Shown here: positions 1-12,265 of the stretch, piece by piece
Layout: every line of letters begins with the position of its first letter
How positions within the stretch are numbered: the stretch's first letter is position 1
NCBI GenBank assembly: GCA_964650355.1
Contig: CAZYTL010000002.1
Location: forward strand, 109,465 to 173,464
DNA length: 64,000 bases
Source: an uncultured Gammaproteobacteria bacterium
GTDB taxonomy: Bacteria > Patescibacteriota > Microgenomatia > CAYXHB01 > CAZYTL01
Direction: 5' to 3'
Made by a program: the position numbers and the translations under genes
Notes under the pieces: model-generated
Databases searched by the model: none
What the model was told of the DNA's origin: nothing
What the model saw: only the letters and a program-made list of their open reading frames with translations

Positions 1-37
1 GGGGAAAAATACCAAAAGATTTACCACTCAAACCGAA

Positions 38-472
38 TTGGCAGATCGGTATCTGGTAGAATGGACTCCTGATTCCTCCGGAGTGTTGATGGTACAAGGT
101 AAACAGATTAATTTCTATTCTTACTACCAACCAAATCAGACCAGACAACTTTTCTCAGTTCCTGACCGGAAAATAATTGATTTAAAAGTTGTTGAAGATC
201 TTATTTATGTATTAGAGGAAACCGGATATTGGCACGTTTTTTCTTATTCGCAAAATAAAATTGTGGGCCAAACTCCAGCCGCGATAGCTTCTGAACTGAC
301 CAAGCCAAAGTTTTATCCTTGGGAGAATAAAAAGTTTTTAATAGTAGAAACTAAACAGGGACTGGAACACCAATATCAACGTTTATGGGTATCTGACTTT
401 GCCGGGGTTAAAAAATTGATTATTCCCGAATTCAACCAAGTTAAACCGCCGGCTGGCAAGATAACTTTATAG
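38..472 (+). CDS. hypothetical protein (possibly 5'-truncated at window edge)
   Basis: 144-aa ORF, no recognisable motifs; frame may be open upstream of position 38. Confidence 0.3.
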   Translation: MADRYLVEWTPDSSGVLMVQGKQINFYSYYQPNQTRQLFSVPDRKIIDLKVVEDLIYVLEETGYWHVFSYSQNKIVGQTPAAIASELTKPKFYPWENKKFLIVETKQGLEHQYQRLWVSDFAGVKKLIIPEFNQVKPPAGKITL

Positions 473-1186
473 CCACCAGTTAAAAGCAAGGAAAATAATT
501 AATCCGAATAACAAGCCGGCGATGACTACTCGCAGATACACTTTAATGTAGCCTTCAACTGAAGGTTCGTTTTTGTCTTCCACATTGGGTAATAACAAGC
601 CAAATAGGAATTTGACTACCGCGTTGCGGTCGACGTCTAAGGTTAATTTTGACTTAGATATAGATTTTAAAAATTTGGGGGAGCGGCTGTGCGCATCGGT
701 TAAGATATGGACAACCACCCGAGGATGCTGATTCACGTAATCTTCTGTCTGTTTAAGACTTCTGGGTTCGACAATGACTTTAGACGGATCTTTAGTCACT
801 TCTTTCACTAGTCCGAAGGTGGACTGGTTGTTGGCATCCCGATACTCCATCACGTCTCCCTGATTGACATTTTCCGAAGCTAATAATACTTGGGTAGAGT
901 CTGATAAATGACTCTGGGCAAAGGGTTGGCCTTGATCTGTATACACAGGCAGGCTGGTTTGGCTGGGAGGAGGAGGAACTTTGACCTCCAGTTGATTATG
1001 TTTATATAATTGCAGTGGCTCAAAAGATAAGTTAGATTTTGAATAATTTTTGGCATAATATCTACCAGTCTCGATTTTCTCCAGAGTAGATTTTAATTTT
1101 AAAGCTTCTGTTAAGCCTTGGTATTGATTGTTATCGATCATATTAAAAATATTCAAAATGACTGAGCCTGATTTCTGAATAGCCAC
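467..1186 (-). CDS. hypothetical protein with C-terminal transmembrane anchor
   Basis: 239-aa ORF; hydrophobic C-terminal segment LRVVIAGLLFGLIIFLAFNWWL; PPPP linker; overlaps upstream gene by 34 nt. Confidence 0.35.
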   Translation of the reverse strand: MAIQKSGSVILNIFNMIDNNQYQGLTEALKLKSTLEKIETGRYYAKNYSKSNLSFEPLQLYKHNQLEVKVPPPPSQTSLPVYTDQGQPFAQSHLSDSTQVLLASENVNQGDVMEYRDANNQSTFGLVKEVTKDPSKVIVEPRSLKQTEDYVNQHPRVVVHILTDAHSRSPKFLKSISKSKLTLDVDRNAVVKFLFGLLLPNVEDKNEPSVEGYIKVYLRVVIAGLLFGLIIFLAFNWWL

Positions 1187-2004
1187 ATGGCTCCAATCAC
1201 GAACAATAGGAATACATGAGTCCAGTATTTAGCTGAGATCTTAGGTTTATGTTTGATTCGCAAACTTAAGTAAACATCAATTCCCAAAATAATGGTGAGT
1301 AAGATAGCTAAATACATGGCGATATTCCTAGTATTCAAAAGTTGGTCACCAGACCATCCCCTATTGGGATTAAAACCCAGCATGGAGGCAGAAAAAACCA
1401 GAGGGGGACTTTCTAGATCTGACACGCTCTCAACCGTAGGCGGTTGTTTCTTCCCAAACAGTTGGACTATCAACACAGCGGGTTCGCCGTTTAGCTCTCC
1501 TGATCCCACTGCTACGCCGGTATCTTCAAAGTTAGTGTTGAGAATATTGGCTTTATGAGGTTCCGATTCAACCCAGGCATCTACTAACTCATCGACTTTT
1601 TGGAAATTTTTGGCTAAGTTTTCTCCTGCAAATTGGTAATTGTATCCTCGATCCAAAATCATTTTCCAAACAGTTCTTTTGGAAGGAGAAGTGTGTTCCC
1701 AATAGCCGAAGGTAAACATATCGTCTATCTTATCCTGGGCAGCGGCCATTAGCAGGGGATTGGTGTTCAAGGACGGTAGTTGCTCCTTGATTCTTACCGC
1801 ATTTACCACAGCTATGACTTTCTCGGGTTCCAAATCAGTGGCCAATCCTAATACTCCAGGAGAAGACTTTTCTCCGGTGTTTAACCACCATTGGAACAAA
1901 ACCAGATCAATGATTAAGAGGCTGAGAATTAATTTTCTCCACAGGCTTGGCTTGTACTTACTCAGGGAATTTGATACAAATAAATTGCCATTCCTCTTCG
2001 ACAT
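1153..2004 (-). CDS. CAP/SCP (PR-1-like) domain membrane protein
   Basis: Core resembles bacterial SCP-like extracellular domain (…GYWEHTSPSKRTVW…GENLAKNF…HKANILNTNFEDTGVAV); N- and C-terminal hydrophobic segments. Confidence 0.45.
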   Translation of the reverse strand: MSKRNGNLFVSNSLSKYKPSLWRKLILSLLIIDLVLFQWWLNTGEKSSPGVLGLATDLEPEKVIAVVNAVRIKEQLPSLNTNPLLMAAAQDKIDDMFTFGYWEHTSPSKRTVWKMILDRGYNYQFAGENLAKNFQKVDELVDAWVESEPHKANILNTNFEDTGVAVGSGELNGEPAVLIVQLFGKKQPPTVESVSDLESPPLVFSASMLGFNPNRGWSGDQLLNTRNIAMYLAILLTIILGIDVYLSLRIKHKPKISAKYWTHVFLLFVIGAMWLFRNQAQSF

Positions 2005-2200
2005 ATAAGTCCAGTATAGTCTATCCGCCTTCGCAGAGCACTACGGCTTTAGCCTTGGATGAAGGCAGCGAAGTGAGTGTTCTGCTTCGGCGAGATGTTC
2101 GCCCCAGTGGGCGTATCAGGGGCTAGCTCGTGGAGCACCATAGATAAATCAGATAGAATTAGCACCTGGTTAAAATTAATCAAGAGGGCTAAAAATAATT

Positions 2201-2704
2201 ATGATAGACAAATTCCTGATTTTTTTGCTGGTCATCACCTTACCACTAGGACTGTTCGCTGCTTATAGAATCCAAAAACAGGCGGCGGGTAAGCAAATGG
2301 ACGAACAGCGAGCCACCCAGATTGATGAAGCGCTTAACCAAATCGAGCAGGCCCTTGAGCGACCGGCCCAACCCAGTCAACCCAAAATTTCTATTAGCTC
2401 TGTGAATTACGCCAGTGACTCCGGTAAATTAGAAGTGACTGGCATAGCTCCTCAACCAGAGGCGCAAATTATTGTCTCGGCCGTAGTCACTTCCAGTTCG
2501 AAGAGTGAAGGAAATGATAAGGTGCTGGGAGAACGTGTGGATGTGGTCGCGGTGGCGCCGCAGCCGGACGGCACTTTCGTGTTCAAATATCCGATCGAAG
2601 ATGAATCATCGCAAGCGATTGAATTAAAGTTCGAACAAAACGGGGCGATTTCATCAATTAAATATGATCTGGTAAAAAATAAAATGGTTTGGGAAAAAGA
2701 CTGA
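2201..2704 (+). CDS. hypothetical membrane-anchored protein
   Basis: N-terminal TM (FLIFLLVITLPLGLFAAY) followed by soluble domain; no motif recognised. Confidence 0.35.
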   Translation: MIDKFLIFLLVITLPLGLFAAYRIQKQAAGKQMDEQRATQIDEALNQIEQALERPAQPSQPKISISSVNYASDSGKLEVTGIAPQPEAQIIVSAVVTSSSKSEGNDKVLGERVDVVAVAPQPDGTFVFKYPIEDESSQAIELKFEQNGAISSIKYDLVKNKMVWEKD

Positions 2705-2717
2705 ATTCTTCTAGGAT

Positions 2718-4481
2718 TTAATAGGTGGGCAGGACATTATAAACCAAAACTCCTGAATACAAATCCGCAGGCTGATAAGCATTGACTTCCAAGGCATAAG
2801 TGACGTAAACGGTGGACGAGTCTCGGCCTGAGGCTTGCATAACTTCATGCGATACGGTACTGATTGGGCCGAATTTTTCCACGCCCGAACTCCATCCTGA
2901 CACATCAGTATCAGTGGTATTGGCTCCTAGCCACCCGGTATTTACATTTGGCACTGTTCCAGTCGGACTCGTCCAGGCAATCGGAGTATTCCAGGTAGCT
3001 CCAGTAGCAGCAAAGGGGTCGATGTCGTTGGCCGGATAGATGCCCTGGAGCAAGCTAAGCAGCTTGGCTTTGACGGTGTACCCATACTCGGTATTGGTAC
3101 TAATGTCTAACTGATGGGCCACATATTTAGGAGAATTAATGCTGATGTTGTCAAAAGGCAAGGTGCTAAAGGTAGAGGCGACGGAAGTGGTAACGCCGTT
3201 GTTGACAGTATTGGCTCCCACTGAGGAAATGGTAAAGGTTAGCTGAGGGTCCACCTGGACTTCAGGGATGATGGTATAAGTGTCGATTAGATTACCAGCA
3301 GATTTCACTACTCTGAAACAATAGACTTCATTACCTAAAGCGGAATCGTCCCCTAAAGCAAAATCCCACAAGCCGTCTTCTCCGGCGGTAATGCTGGACT
3401 GGGAATTGGTAAAGTTATTAGCTTCTTCATAAGTTTGGTTTCTAATAGTATCGCCCCCGTGGCCAGGATCATTGGTGTTATCAGTCAAAGCAGCGCCGTC
3501 CGCAGGAGTGGAGTTGTCATAAAAACGCAAGGATCCTGAGCTGGGAGACAGATCGGCGTATGATTCTCCGCTAAAACCAGTGTCACAGGTGCCTGATCTG
3601 GCAGCCATCTGGAGTTTGAAGTCAAAACCACTGGCTGATAAATCCATATTACTGACATGCAACAATAATCTTAATCTGAATTGTTGACCAATGGTATCTA
3701 AATACGCGATAGTATCTTGGTCAGCCAACACGTTGCCCACGTCAGTAGAATTCTGATTCTCATACCAGCGATAAGCGACCAGATTGTAAGTGGGGTCACC
3801 GCCTTGCCAGTTGTCCCAGGTAAGGTAATGAGTGGAGCCAGTAGTAGCGATGGCTTTGGTTACTATTCCCACTGATCCGCCAGAAAAAGTGCTATCAGCA
3901 ATTGGGCCAATCACGGTAGTGAACCCGGAGCCGGTATCTAATTTAACTATTACTTGGGTGCCGCTGGCTTCCAGTCTCAGGACATCGCCGCCAGACGGAG
4001 TCCAGCTATAATTGGATCCCAGCTGAGTTAACCCGGTGGTGCCGGAGCTGCTTAAATCATGATTACTAGCAGCATAAAGCCTGAGAGTGTCGTCATTATC
4101 ACTCCATTGGGTATAATAACCGCTAAACGAAGTGTAATCAGCTGTGCCGTCGGTGTTCACTCTAACGGCCACACCTGACCGGGCGTCGGTGCCGGTGGCA
4201 CTGACAAACTCCAATTGGGAATATTGATCATTGGCCGGTTGGATGGTGTAAAGCGCCCGGCCTGCTAAGGTCTGGCTGGTGCCGTCTTCACTCCACAAGC
4301 GCAATTGATTGCTATTCACTTGGATTGCCTGTTGATTGTTTTCGCTTTCTATCCAGTCGGTTCCCAGGCTGGAGTTATTAGCACGATCGAAATTATCCGT
4401 ATAGGTGGCGGCCCGCACTTTTAGGCTGAAACCAAACAGCATTACTACTCCCCAAAAGCCAATCAGAACAAATTTTTTCAT
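2718..4481 (-). CDS. secreted surface protein, paralog A (shared C-terminal ~190-aa domain ending ...VYNVLPTY)
   Basis: Signal peptide MKKFVLIGFWGVVMLFGFSLKVRA; S/T/G-rich; C-terminal domain highly similar to the C-terminus of the 4578..5687 product (VDPQ(L/F)TF...STFSTLPF...NIDPFAA(T/S)G...TGW(L/I)GANTTDTDVSGW...VYVTYA(L/I)E(V/A)N(A/V)YQPAD). Confidence 0.5.
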   Translation of the reverse strand: MKKFVLIGFWGVVMLFGFSLKVRAATYTDNFDRANNSSLGTDWIESENNQQAIQVNSNQLRLWSEDGTSQTLAGRALYTIQPANDQYSQLEFVSATGTDARSGVAVRVNTDGTADYTSFSGYYTQWSDNDDTLRLYAASNHDLSSSGTTGLTQLGSNYSWTPSGGDVLRLEASGTQVIVKLDTGSGFTTVIGPIADSTFSGGSVGIVTKAIATTGSTHYLTWDNWQGGDPTYNLVAYRWYENQNSTDVGNVLADQDTIAYLDTIGQQFRLRLLLHVSNMDLSASGFDFKLQMAARSGTCDTGFSGESYADLSPSSGSLRFYDNSTPADGAALTDNTNDPGHGGDTIRNQTYEEANNFTNSQSSITAGEDGLWDFALGDDSALGNEVYCFRVVKSAGNLIDTYTIIPEVQVDPQLTFTISSVGANTVNNGVTTSVASTFSTLPFDNISINSPKYVAHQLDISTNTEYGYTVKAKLLSLLQGIYPANDIDPFAATGATWNTPIAWTSPTGTVPNVNTGWLGANTTDTDVSGWSSGVEKFGPISTVSHEVMQASGRDSSTVYVTYALEVNAYQPADLYSGVLVYNVLPTY

Positions 4482-4520
4482 CTCTACTATCTTATCATTG
4501 TCCAGATTGGGCTACCAACG

Positions 4521-4552
4521 AAAACATCATCTCTTTGCAGAGATGATGTTTT
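4521..4552 (-). terminator. perfect 14-bp-stem hairpin (aaaacatcatctct-ttgc-agagatgatgtttt) between the two paralog genes
   Basis: Inverted repeat read directly; A/T runs at both stem ends; sits immediately downstream of the stop of the 4578..5687 gene. Confidence 0.45.
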
Positions 4553-4577
4553 CAGCCACAGCTAGCAAATATCCCTA

Positions 4578-5687
4578 TTAATAGGTAGGAATGGCGTTAT
4601 AAACCAAAGTTCCTGTATAAGTATCTGCTGGCTGGTACACGTTAGCTTCAATCGCATAAGTGACGTACACACTGGTTGATCCATTATCAGAGGTGGCACT
4701 GGACATGACCGTGTTGGCAGAAGAATTTACGGGACCGAATAGTTGAGTGCCGGGATTCCAGCCTGACACGTCAGTGTCGGTGGTATTGGCCCCAATCCAA
4801 CCGGTATCGGTATTGGGTGTGGTACCGGTAGGTTCGGTCCACCCGAGGGGAGTTCCCCAGGCAACTCCGCTGGCGGCAAAGGGATCAATATTATTGGCAC
4901 TGTAGGTGCCGGTCATCTGGCTTAACATCTTCATGGTGACGGTATAACCCGAATTGGAGTTAGTAGTCACTGTTAACTTATGGGCCAGATACTTAGGCGT
5001 GGACGCGGTCAAGTTAGAAAACGGCAGGGTACTAAAAGTAGACGTGTCTGAGGTGGTGATGCCGTTGTTGACTGTACTGGTTCCCACCCCAGCTACCACG
5101 AAAGTGAACTGCGGATCTACCCGGGCGCTCACGGTGACGGCGGCCACCACGGTATAAGTGAGAATTCCAGTATCCACACTGGTAGTCCCCAAGTCAGAAT
5201 AAGTGGTTAACCTGACAAAACAGGTATCTGATGAGGTGTCCCCACCTGCCTGACAGTCGTCAATGGCGTGATTGGTAATGGAGGAGAGAGGCACGCCCAA
5301 CACAGTGCTGGCTCCGATTACTTGTCCGGTAGCCGTGTGCTGGAGCTTTAAAATTCCTGAGCCTCCACTGGTAGTATCAAGGGTCCAATTTGCGTCCAGA
5401 TTAGTTAAACTTCCTAAAGACGCGGTGGTCAAGTCAAGACCACTGGGTTTGCTGGCGGAACCGGAAGGAGTGGTTGCGTAAGTAAACCGGATCTCCCTCA
5501 AAGTAGCAGCGCTATTAGTAGTAAAGGTAAAGGTATGGGTACTGGAGGTAGAAGGTCGGGAATCCGACAACGTGTCTTTGCCTCCGGTCAATTGCGCGGC
5601 AAATATTTGAGGAACCAAAACCAGGTTGAGTACTAGCACTAACGTCAATGCGATTAATGAACTAAAAAATTTATGGGCAGTTTTCAT
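4578..5687 (-). CDS. secreted surface protein, paralog B (shared C-terminal domain ...VYNAIPTY)
   Basis: Signal peptide MKTAHKFFSSLIALTLVLVLNLVLVPQIFA; T/S-rich; C-terminal ~190 aa paralogous to 2718..4481 product. Confidence 0.5.
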   Translation of the reverse strand: MKTAHKFFSSLIALTLVLVLNLVLVPQIFAAQLTGGKDTLSDSRPSTSSTHTFTFTTNSAATLREIRFTYATTPSGSASKPSGLDLTTASLGSLTNLDANWTLDTTSGGSGILKLQHTATGQVIGASTVLGVPLSSITNHAIDDCQAGGDTSSDTCFVRLTTYSDLGTTSVDTGILTYTVVAAVTVSARVDPQFTFVVAGVGTSTVNNGITTSDTSTFSTLPFSNLTASTPKYLAHKLTVTTNSNSGYTVTMKMLSQMTGTYSANNIDPFAASGVAWGTPLGWTEPTGTTPNTDTGWIGANTTDTDVSGWNPGTQLFGPVNSSANTVMSSATSDNGSTSVYVTYAIEANVYQPADTYTGTLVYNAIPTY

Positions 5688-5852
5688 TAATATCCACCTC
5701 CCTCCCTGCCAGGATTACGATAATTGTGTATGGTGACTAACACTAATTCTCAGTGTAGGCAGATAATTAAACAGTTGTCAAGCAGCAATGCGTAAACCTG
5801 TTAATTAAGTTCATTTGTGAGGCGGAAAGACGGATAAGTAATATATAATTAC

Positions 5853-7700
5853 ATGCATGAGACTTTACTCACAACTAGTAAGACGCCTCTTATGAATCAC
5901 CCTCGACCATCAGAATCAATAACTATGGGAGCCCGGATAGTTAAAATCGTGGTCCAGAACCGCATTTTCCTGACTGCTTTGGTGCTGCTCACTTTAGTTA
6001 CTTATGCAAATGCCATACCCGGCGATTTTTCCATGGTGGATGACATCACGGGCATTGTGGAAAATGCTAAACTGGCTGATTTCAGCGCCAGTGTGAAAAC
6101 TTTCCATTTACAAACCATTATTTATTCGCTGATCATCAACACCTTTAAGTTAAACCCGGTTCCGTTTCACTGGCTTTCTCTCCTGCTGCATGGTTTTAAT
6201 GTAGTATTAGCCTTTATCTTGCTTTATTTGTTGTTCGGGAAAACCATCTCCCGCATTGCGGCCCTAATATTTGCGGTCCATCCGGTCAACACTGAGGCGG
6301 TTACCTGGATTAGCGGAGATCCTTACCTAATCAATGCGGTTTTTTTCCTGTCCATGACAATTGTTTACTATGGTTATAAACAGACAAACCAAATCCGCTA
6401 TTTGCTAGCTACTGTCCTAATTTATTCCGGATTATTAATTTTCACCCGCACTCCATTCGCACTGACTTTTCCGGTGGCTTTAATGGTGATCGATCAATGG
6501 CTGATCGAACCCCGGCTGCAATGGCGGTCAGCGGTTAAGTTGTTGGTGTTGATCATTCCCATGGGTCTTTATGTGATGCTTTTTTTAAATCAGGCAGCGC
6601 AGTATAGACAAAGTCAACAATATAGCCATGGGCTGTTGCTCAACCAGCAAGCGTTGATTCCGGTAGTAGAGAGTTATCCTTATACTATTTACTCTCTGGT
6701 CCGACTCTATGGGTTTCCCAAACGGTTGGTGATTTATTATGACGGTCAGATTATTACCCCGGCTTTACAATTATTAATGTATTTGGCTTTGGGGATCTAT
6801 GCGCTGGCTATCATCTATTTCTGGAAAAAGAAACGGCAAATTGCCGGACTGTTGATTTTATTAATCGTATTGATAGCCCCCACCTTCACCCCAGTGAGAG
6901 TGACCTGGTATATAGCAGAGAGATACCTTTATTTGGGATCGGCATTTTTCGGAGTGATCGTGGCCTTAGGGATAATTAAAGTCTGTTCTTTACTGCCCAA
7001 ACGCCGGCAATCTTTTTTGATGGCGGGAATGACCGGCCTAATAGTGGCATTATTGGCTATCAGAACAGTACTGCGCAATCAGGATTACCTGGATGCGAAG
7101 ACATTTGCCCAGCGAACAGTGAAGGACGCTCCTTACAGCGCGCGACCGTACGATGACCTGGGATCGGTATATTATTTGGAAAATAATTATCAGCAGGCGC
7201 TTTATTATTTCCGACAGGCTTTAACTATTAATCCGACGGTTGAGGCTTCCATGAACAATATCGGGCTCATTTATCTGAAAAGTCCTCCTGACCAGCTACC
7301 AGATCTGAGCCAAGTCAATGCATCAGCGCTTACAGACGACGATTTTTCAAAGCTGTCTGATTTGGCCTGGCAAGCCTACAACCAGAAGGAATTTAAGACT
7401 TCAGCTTACTTTGTGGGGGAGGCGTTGAGACTGCAACCCGATGATTTGTCGCTAAATAATTTACTAGGAGATCTGTACTTGCAAGCCGAACAGTTTAAAT
7501 TCGCCCAACAACAGTATCTGAAATCCATTGAATTAAATCCTCAGCAATCCGAAATTTTTTATAAACTTGGCTATACCTATTTCCAGCAACAAGATCTTCC
7601 CCAGGCGAAAAAATATCTGCAAAAAACTTTAGAATTAGATCCTGAAAATTCAGCTGCCAAAAATAATTTGCAAATGGTGGAATCTGAATTAGAGAAATAG
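5853..7700 (+). CDS. polytopic membrane protein, GT-C (PMT/ArnT-like) glycosyltransferase-like with C-terminal TPR repeats
   Basis: ~10 predicted TM helices in N-terminal 400 aa; C-terminal TPR-like repeats (…YYLENNYQQALYYFRQALTINP…YFQQQDLPQAKKYLQKTLELDPEN); true start may be an internal Met. Confidence 0.45.
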   Translation: MHETLLTTSKTPLMNHPRPSESITMGARIVKIVVQNRIFLTALVLLTLVTYANAIPGDFSMVDDITGIVENAKLADFSASVKTFHLQTIIYSLIINTFKLNPVPFHWLSLLLHGFNVVLAFILLYLLFGKTISRIAALIFAVHPVNTEAVTWISGDPYLINAVFFLSMTIVYYGYKQTNQIRYLLATVLIYSGLLIFTRTPFALTFPVALMVIDQWLIEPRLQWRSAVKLLVLIIPMGLYVMLFLNQAAQYRQSQQYSHGLLLNQQALIPVVESYPYTIYSLVRLYGFPKRLVIYYDGQIITPALQLLMYLALGIYALAIIYFWKKKRQIAGLLILLIVLIAPTFTPVRVTWYIAERYLYLGSAFFGVIVALGIIKVCSLLPKRRQSFLMAGMTGLIVALLAIRTVLRNQDYLDAKTFAQRTVKDAPYSARPYDDLGSVYYLENNYQQALYYFRQALTINPTVEASMNNIGLIYLKSPPDQLPDLSQVNASALTDDDFSKLSDLAWQAYNQKEFKTSAYFVGEALRLQPDDLSLNNLLGDLYLQAEQFKFAQQQYLKSIELNPQQSEIFYKLGYTYFQQQDLPQAKKYLQKTLELDPENSAAKNNLQMVESELEK

Positions 7701-7701
7701 T

Positions 7702-7959
7702 TTAGAACCCGACTACAATGGTGACGCTGTTTTCCCGCACCCGGATCACACCCCCGTCAATATCAAACTCCTTTACCTGACTCCCCTCACTTACCTGAAC
7801 TTTACCTTTAACTAATTCAGCATACAAAGGAGTGTGCTGGGGCAAAATTGCCAAATCTCCTTGGATGCCGGGAACCAGCACTCTTTGAGGTTGACCTTCG
7901 TATAACGTCTGATCCGGGCTGACGATGACGCAGCTAAAATTGGATTGAGGTTCAACCAT
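7702..7959 (-). CDS. atpC: F-type ATP synthase epsilon subunit (short form, N-terminal beta-sandwich only)
   Basis: Pattern …CVIVSPDQTLYEGQPQRVLVPGIQGDLAILPQHTPLYAELVKGKVQV…GGVIRV…VTIV matches epsilon N-domain (L.VVS.E..F.G.V..V..PG..G.LGILP.H.PL); separated from atpD by one gene. Confidence 0.65.
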   Translation of the reverse strand: MVEPQSNFSCVIVSPDQTLYEGQPQRVLVPGIQGDLAILPQHTPLYAELVKGKVQVSEGSQVKEFDIDGGVIRVRENSVTIVVGF

Positions 7960-8017
7960 AGGTTAATAAGACAACGGGCCTCTAGATAATTTAGCATCAA
8001 TCTTACCTGCGATTAAA

Positions 8018-9688
8018 TTATTCATTGGTAAACTGATGATTTTCGTAGATTTCAAAGTTGGGGCCGAAGCGATCGATAGCAAACAGTTGGGGTAGGGGAT
8101 AGTTCATGTCTAATAAATCAGGGATGCTGGACTTCGGGCTAGGACTGGCGAGCTGTTCACTGATTAAAGGATAATCTGTTTGATTAAGGTTATATTTATG
8201 CCAGAGGGTTTGCCGTTCTTCCGGAGTGAAATAGTCGATGACTATATAGCGATAATTTTGGGCCTGAAAATAACGATCCAAGTCTTGTCGTTGGTTTAAA
8301 TATTCCAGATTATTGGCGCTGGTGACCTGTTTAATATTGGGAAAGTCGGATTGATCCGTAGGAGTTAATGCTTGCAAGTAGGGCTTGAGGGTTTGGTAAT
8401 AATCGGTTTGATAGAGATCGGTTGGTTTTTGAGCCTGCAAGTCAGGTACCAAATAGATGTTATTGCGATTGATTAAAATTGGTTGATCATTAGGAATTTG
8501 ATGTTGGAGATAGTGCTTGGCAAGCACGTAGGTACTGGGCTGGAAAAACAAGTAATTTAACCGGACGTCAAGTATCAATGAATATCCGAGCGTGAGGATG
8601 AGCAGCCAACCTGCTAACCAGAAGGGTTTTTTAAGAAGCAGGTTTACTAAATAAGCAGTTCCAAAGATAAACAGCAATGACAAGGGTTGGGCAGACCGAG
8701 GATTAAGAAAGGCTTTAAATAAATAGACTGCAAATCCGGAAACGGTAAATAGGCTAATTAACCAGAAGAAGGAGGTTTTTCGATATGCCATGATTATCAG
8801 ACCGATGAGGCCAATGATGATGATCGGTCCCTGGTAGGAAAGCAAGACCTGAAGATAAAAGATAATTTGAGACCATAAACTGACCAGATTGACTGGCTGA
8901 CCCGCATAATTATTATGAAGGTGCCACTGAATGATCCCTGGGGTCAGATAAAGCAAACCTAAAATAAAGACGAGATTAATTAAGGCGGTGAGCCAAACCC
9001 GAGGCTGTTTTAACAGGGGAATGAATTTCTGACTGGTAACCACAGCGATGAGCCAAAAGACTCCCAAGGCTAATCCCATGGGAAAGGCGGCCACGGATAA
9101 GCTAAGAAAGGTGATGGATAATAAAAATTTATTAAGTTGGCCGGTGACCCGCCACTCGGTCAGGGACCATAATAAACCCAGGGAGCAAAACAGATAAAGT
9201 GAATTGTATCTACCAAAATGCGCAAATAAGACGCGGAAGAAATCCGTGGTATACAAAAGCGTCAGGATGAGGCCGAATTTTCGGGATTGCAGTCTAAGGC
9301 CCAACCGGTAAATAAACCAGACGGATAAGCCGGAGATGACAGCTGACATGATTCTGGGGATAAACAAAAACATGCCGGGAGAACTCAAGACTAGTGTCCG
9401 ACCGATGTCGTTAACCGAAGGGAAAATGCGGAACAGAAGTAAGAACAAAACGCTGATAGCTAAAAAGGGTAGTTGCAGCCAGGGCCATAAGGGTAGGTAG
9501 GTGGAAAAGTGGCGGAAGTTTTGAGTTTTGAGGATTAAAAGGCTGACTCTTTGGCTTTCAAATTCGTCTCCTACGCTAAAAGCCAGGGGGTGGTCAAAAA
9601 AAGGATTGCCCAAGCCAATGATAATGGCCAAGAGCATGATCCAGACGATGGGTTGGGAGAGGAGCTTACGGGAGGTGCTTTTAAACAT
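8018..9688 (-). CDS. polytopic membrane protein, possible GT-C family glycosyltransferase
   Basis: 556 aa, >10 TM helices then C-terminal soluble domain; 'FDHPLAF' loop reminiscent of HPPL loop of PMT/ArnT; inserted between atpD and atpC. Confidence 0.35.
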   Translation of the reverse strand: MFKSTSRKLLSQPIVWIMLLAIIIGLGNPFFDHPLAFSVGDEFESQRVSLLILKTQNFRHFSTYLPLWPWLQLPFLAISVLFLLLFRIFPSVNDIGRTLVLSSPGMFLFIPRIMSAVISGLSVWFIYRLGLRLQSRKFGLILTLLYTTDFFRVLFAHFGRYNSLYLFCSLGLLWSLTEWRVTGQLNKFLLSITFLSLSVAAFPMGLALGVFWLIAVVTSQKFIPLLKQPRVWLTALINLVFILGLLYLTPGIIQWHLHNNYAGQPVNLVSLWSQIIFYLQVLLSYQGPIIIIGLIGLIIMAYRKTSFFWLISLFTVSGFAVYLFKAFLNPRSAQPLSLLFIFGTAYLVNLLLKKPFWLAGWLLILTLGYSLILDVRLNYLFFQPSTYVLAKHYLQHQIPNDQPILINRNNIYLVPDLQAQKPTDLYQTDYYQTLKPYLQALTPTDQSDFPNIKQVTSANNLEYLNQRQDLDRYFQAQNYRYIVIDYFTPEERQTLWHKYNLNQTDYPLISEQLASPSPKSSIPDLLDMNYPLPQLFAIDRFGPNFEIYENHQFTNE

Positions 9689-9750
9689 TTTACCTAATCT
9701 GGAAGTGATAACTGTGAGGGATGGCTAAATAAATAAACACTCTAGGAGTC

Positions 9751-9781
9751 TAGTTGAAAAGTCGGCTCGATTTTTCAACTA
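9751..9781 (-). terminator. hairpin (tagttgaaaa-gtcggctcgat-ttttcaacta) downstream of atpD
   Basis: 10-bp perfect inverted repeat with extendable inner stem; U-tract is inside stem so terminator strength uncertain. Confidence 0.3.
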
Positions 9782-9884
9782 AGTCATTCTGGAGGCAAAG
9801 CCGATAGAATCTCGTTTGGGATCCTATCACTTCGTTCCAGGATGACGTTGGCGTTCCTACTTTTCAAATAGGCTGTAAGACAGT

Positions 9885-12259
<2,375 letters not shown>

Positions 12260-12265
12260 AACTGG

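Noticed and set aside
1292-2008. Plus-strand ORFs 1292..1558 and 1760..2008 and many similar short antisense ORFs in the track
   Set aside because: Fully embedded antisense within longer ORFs with recognisable domains; no supporting motifs or start context.
2005-2200. GC-rich intergenic stretch inspected for a small RNA or tRNA
   Set aside because: No tRNA-like T-loop/acceptor pattern and only short imperfect stems; most likely a divergent promoter region.
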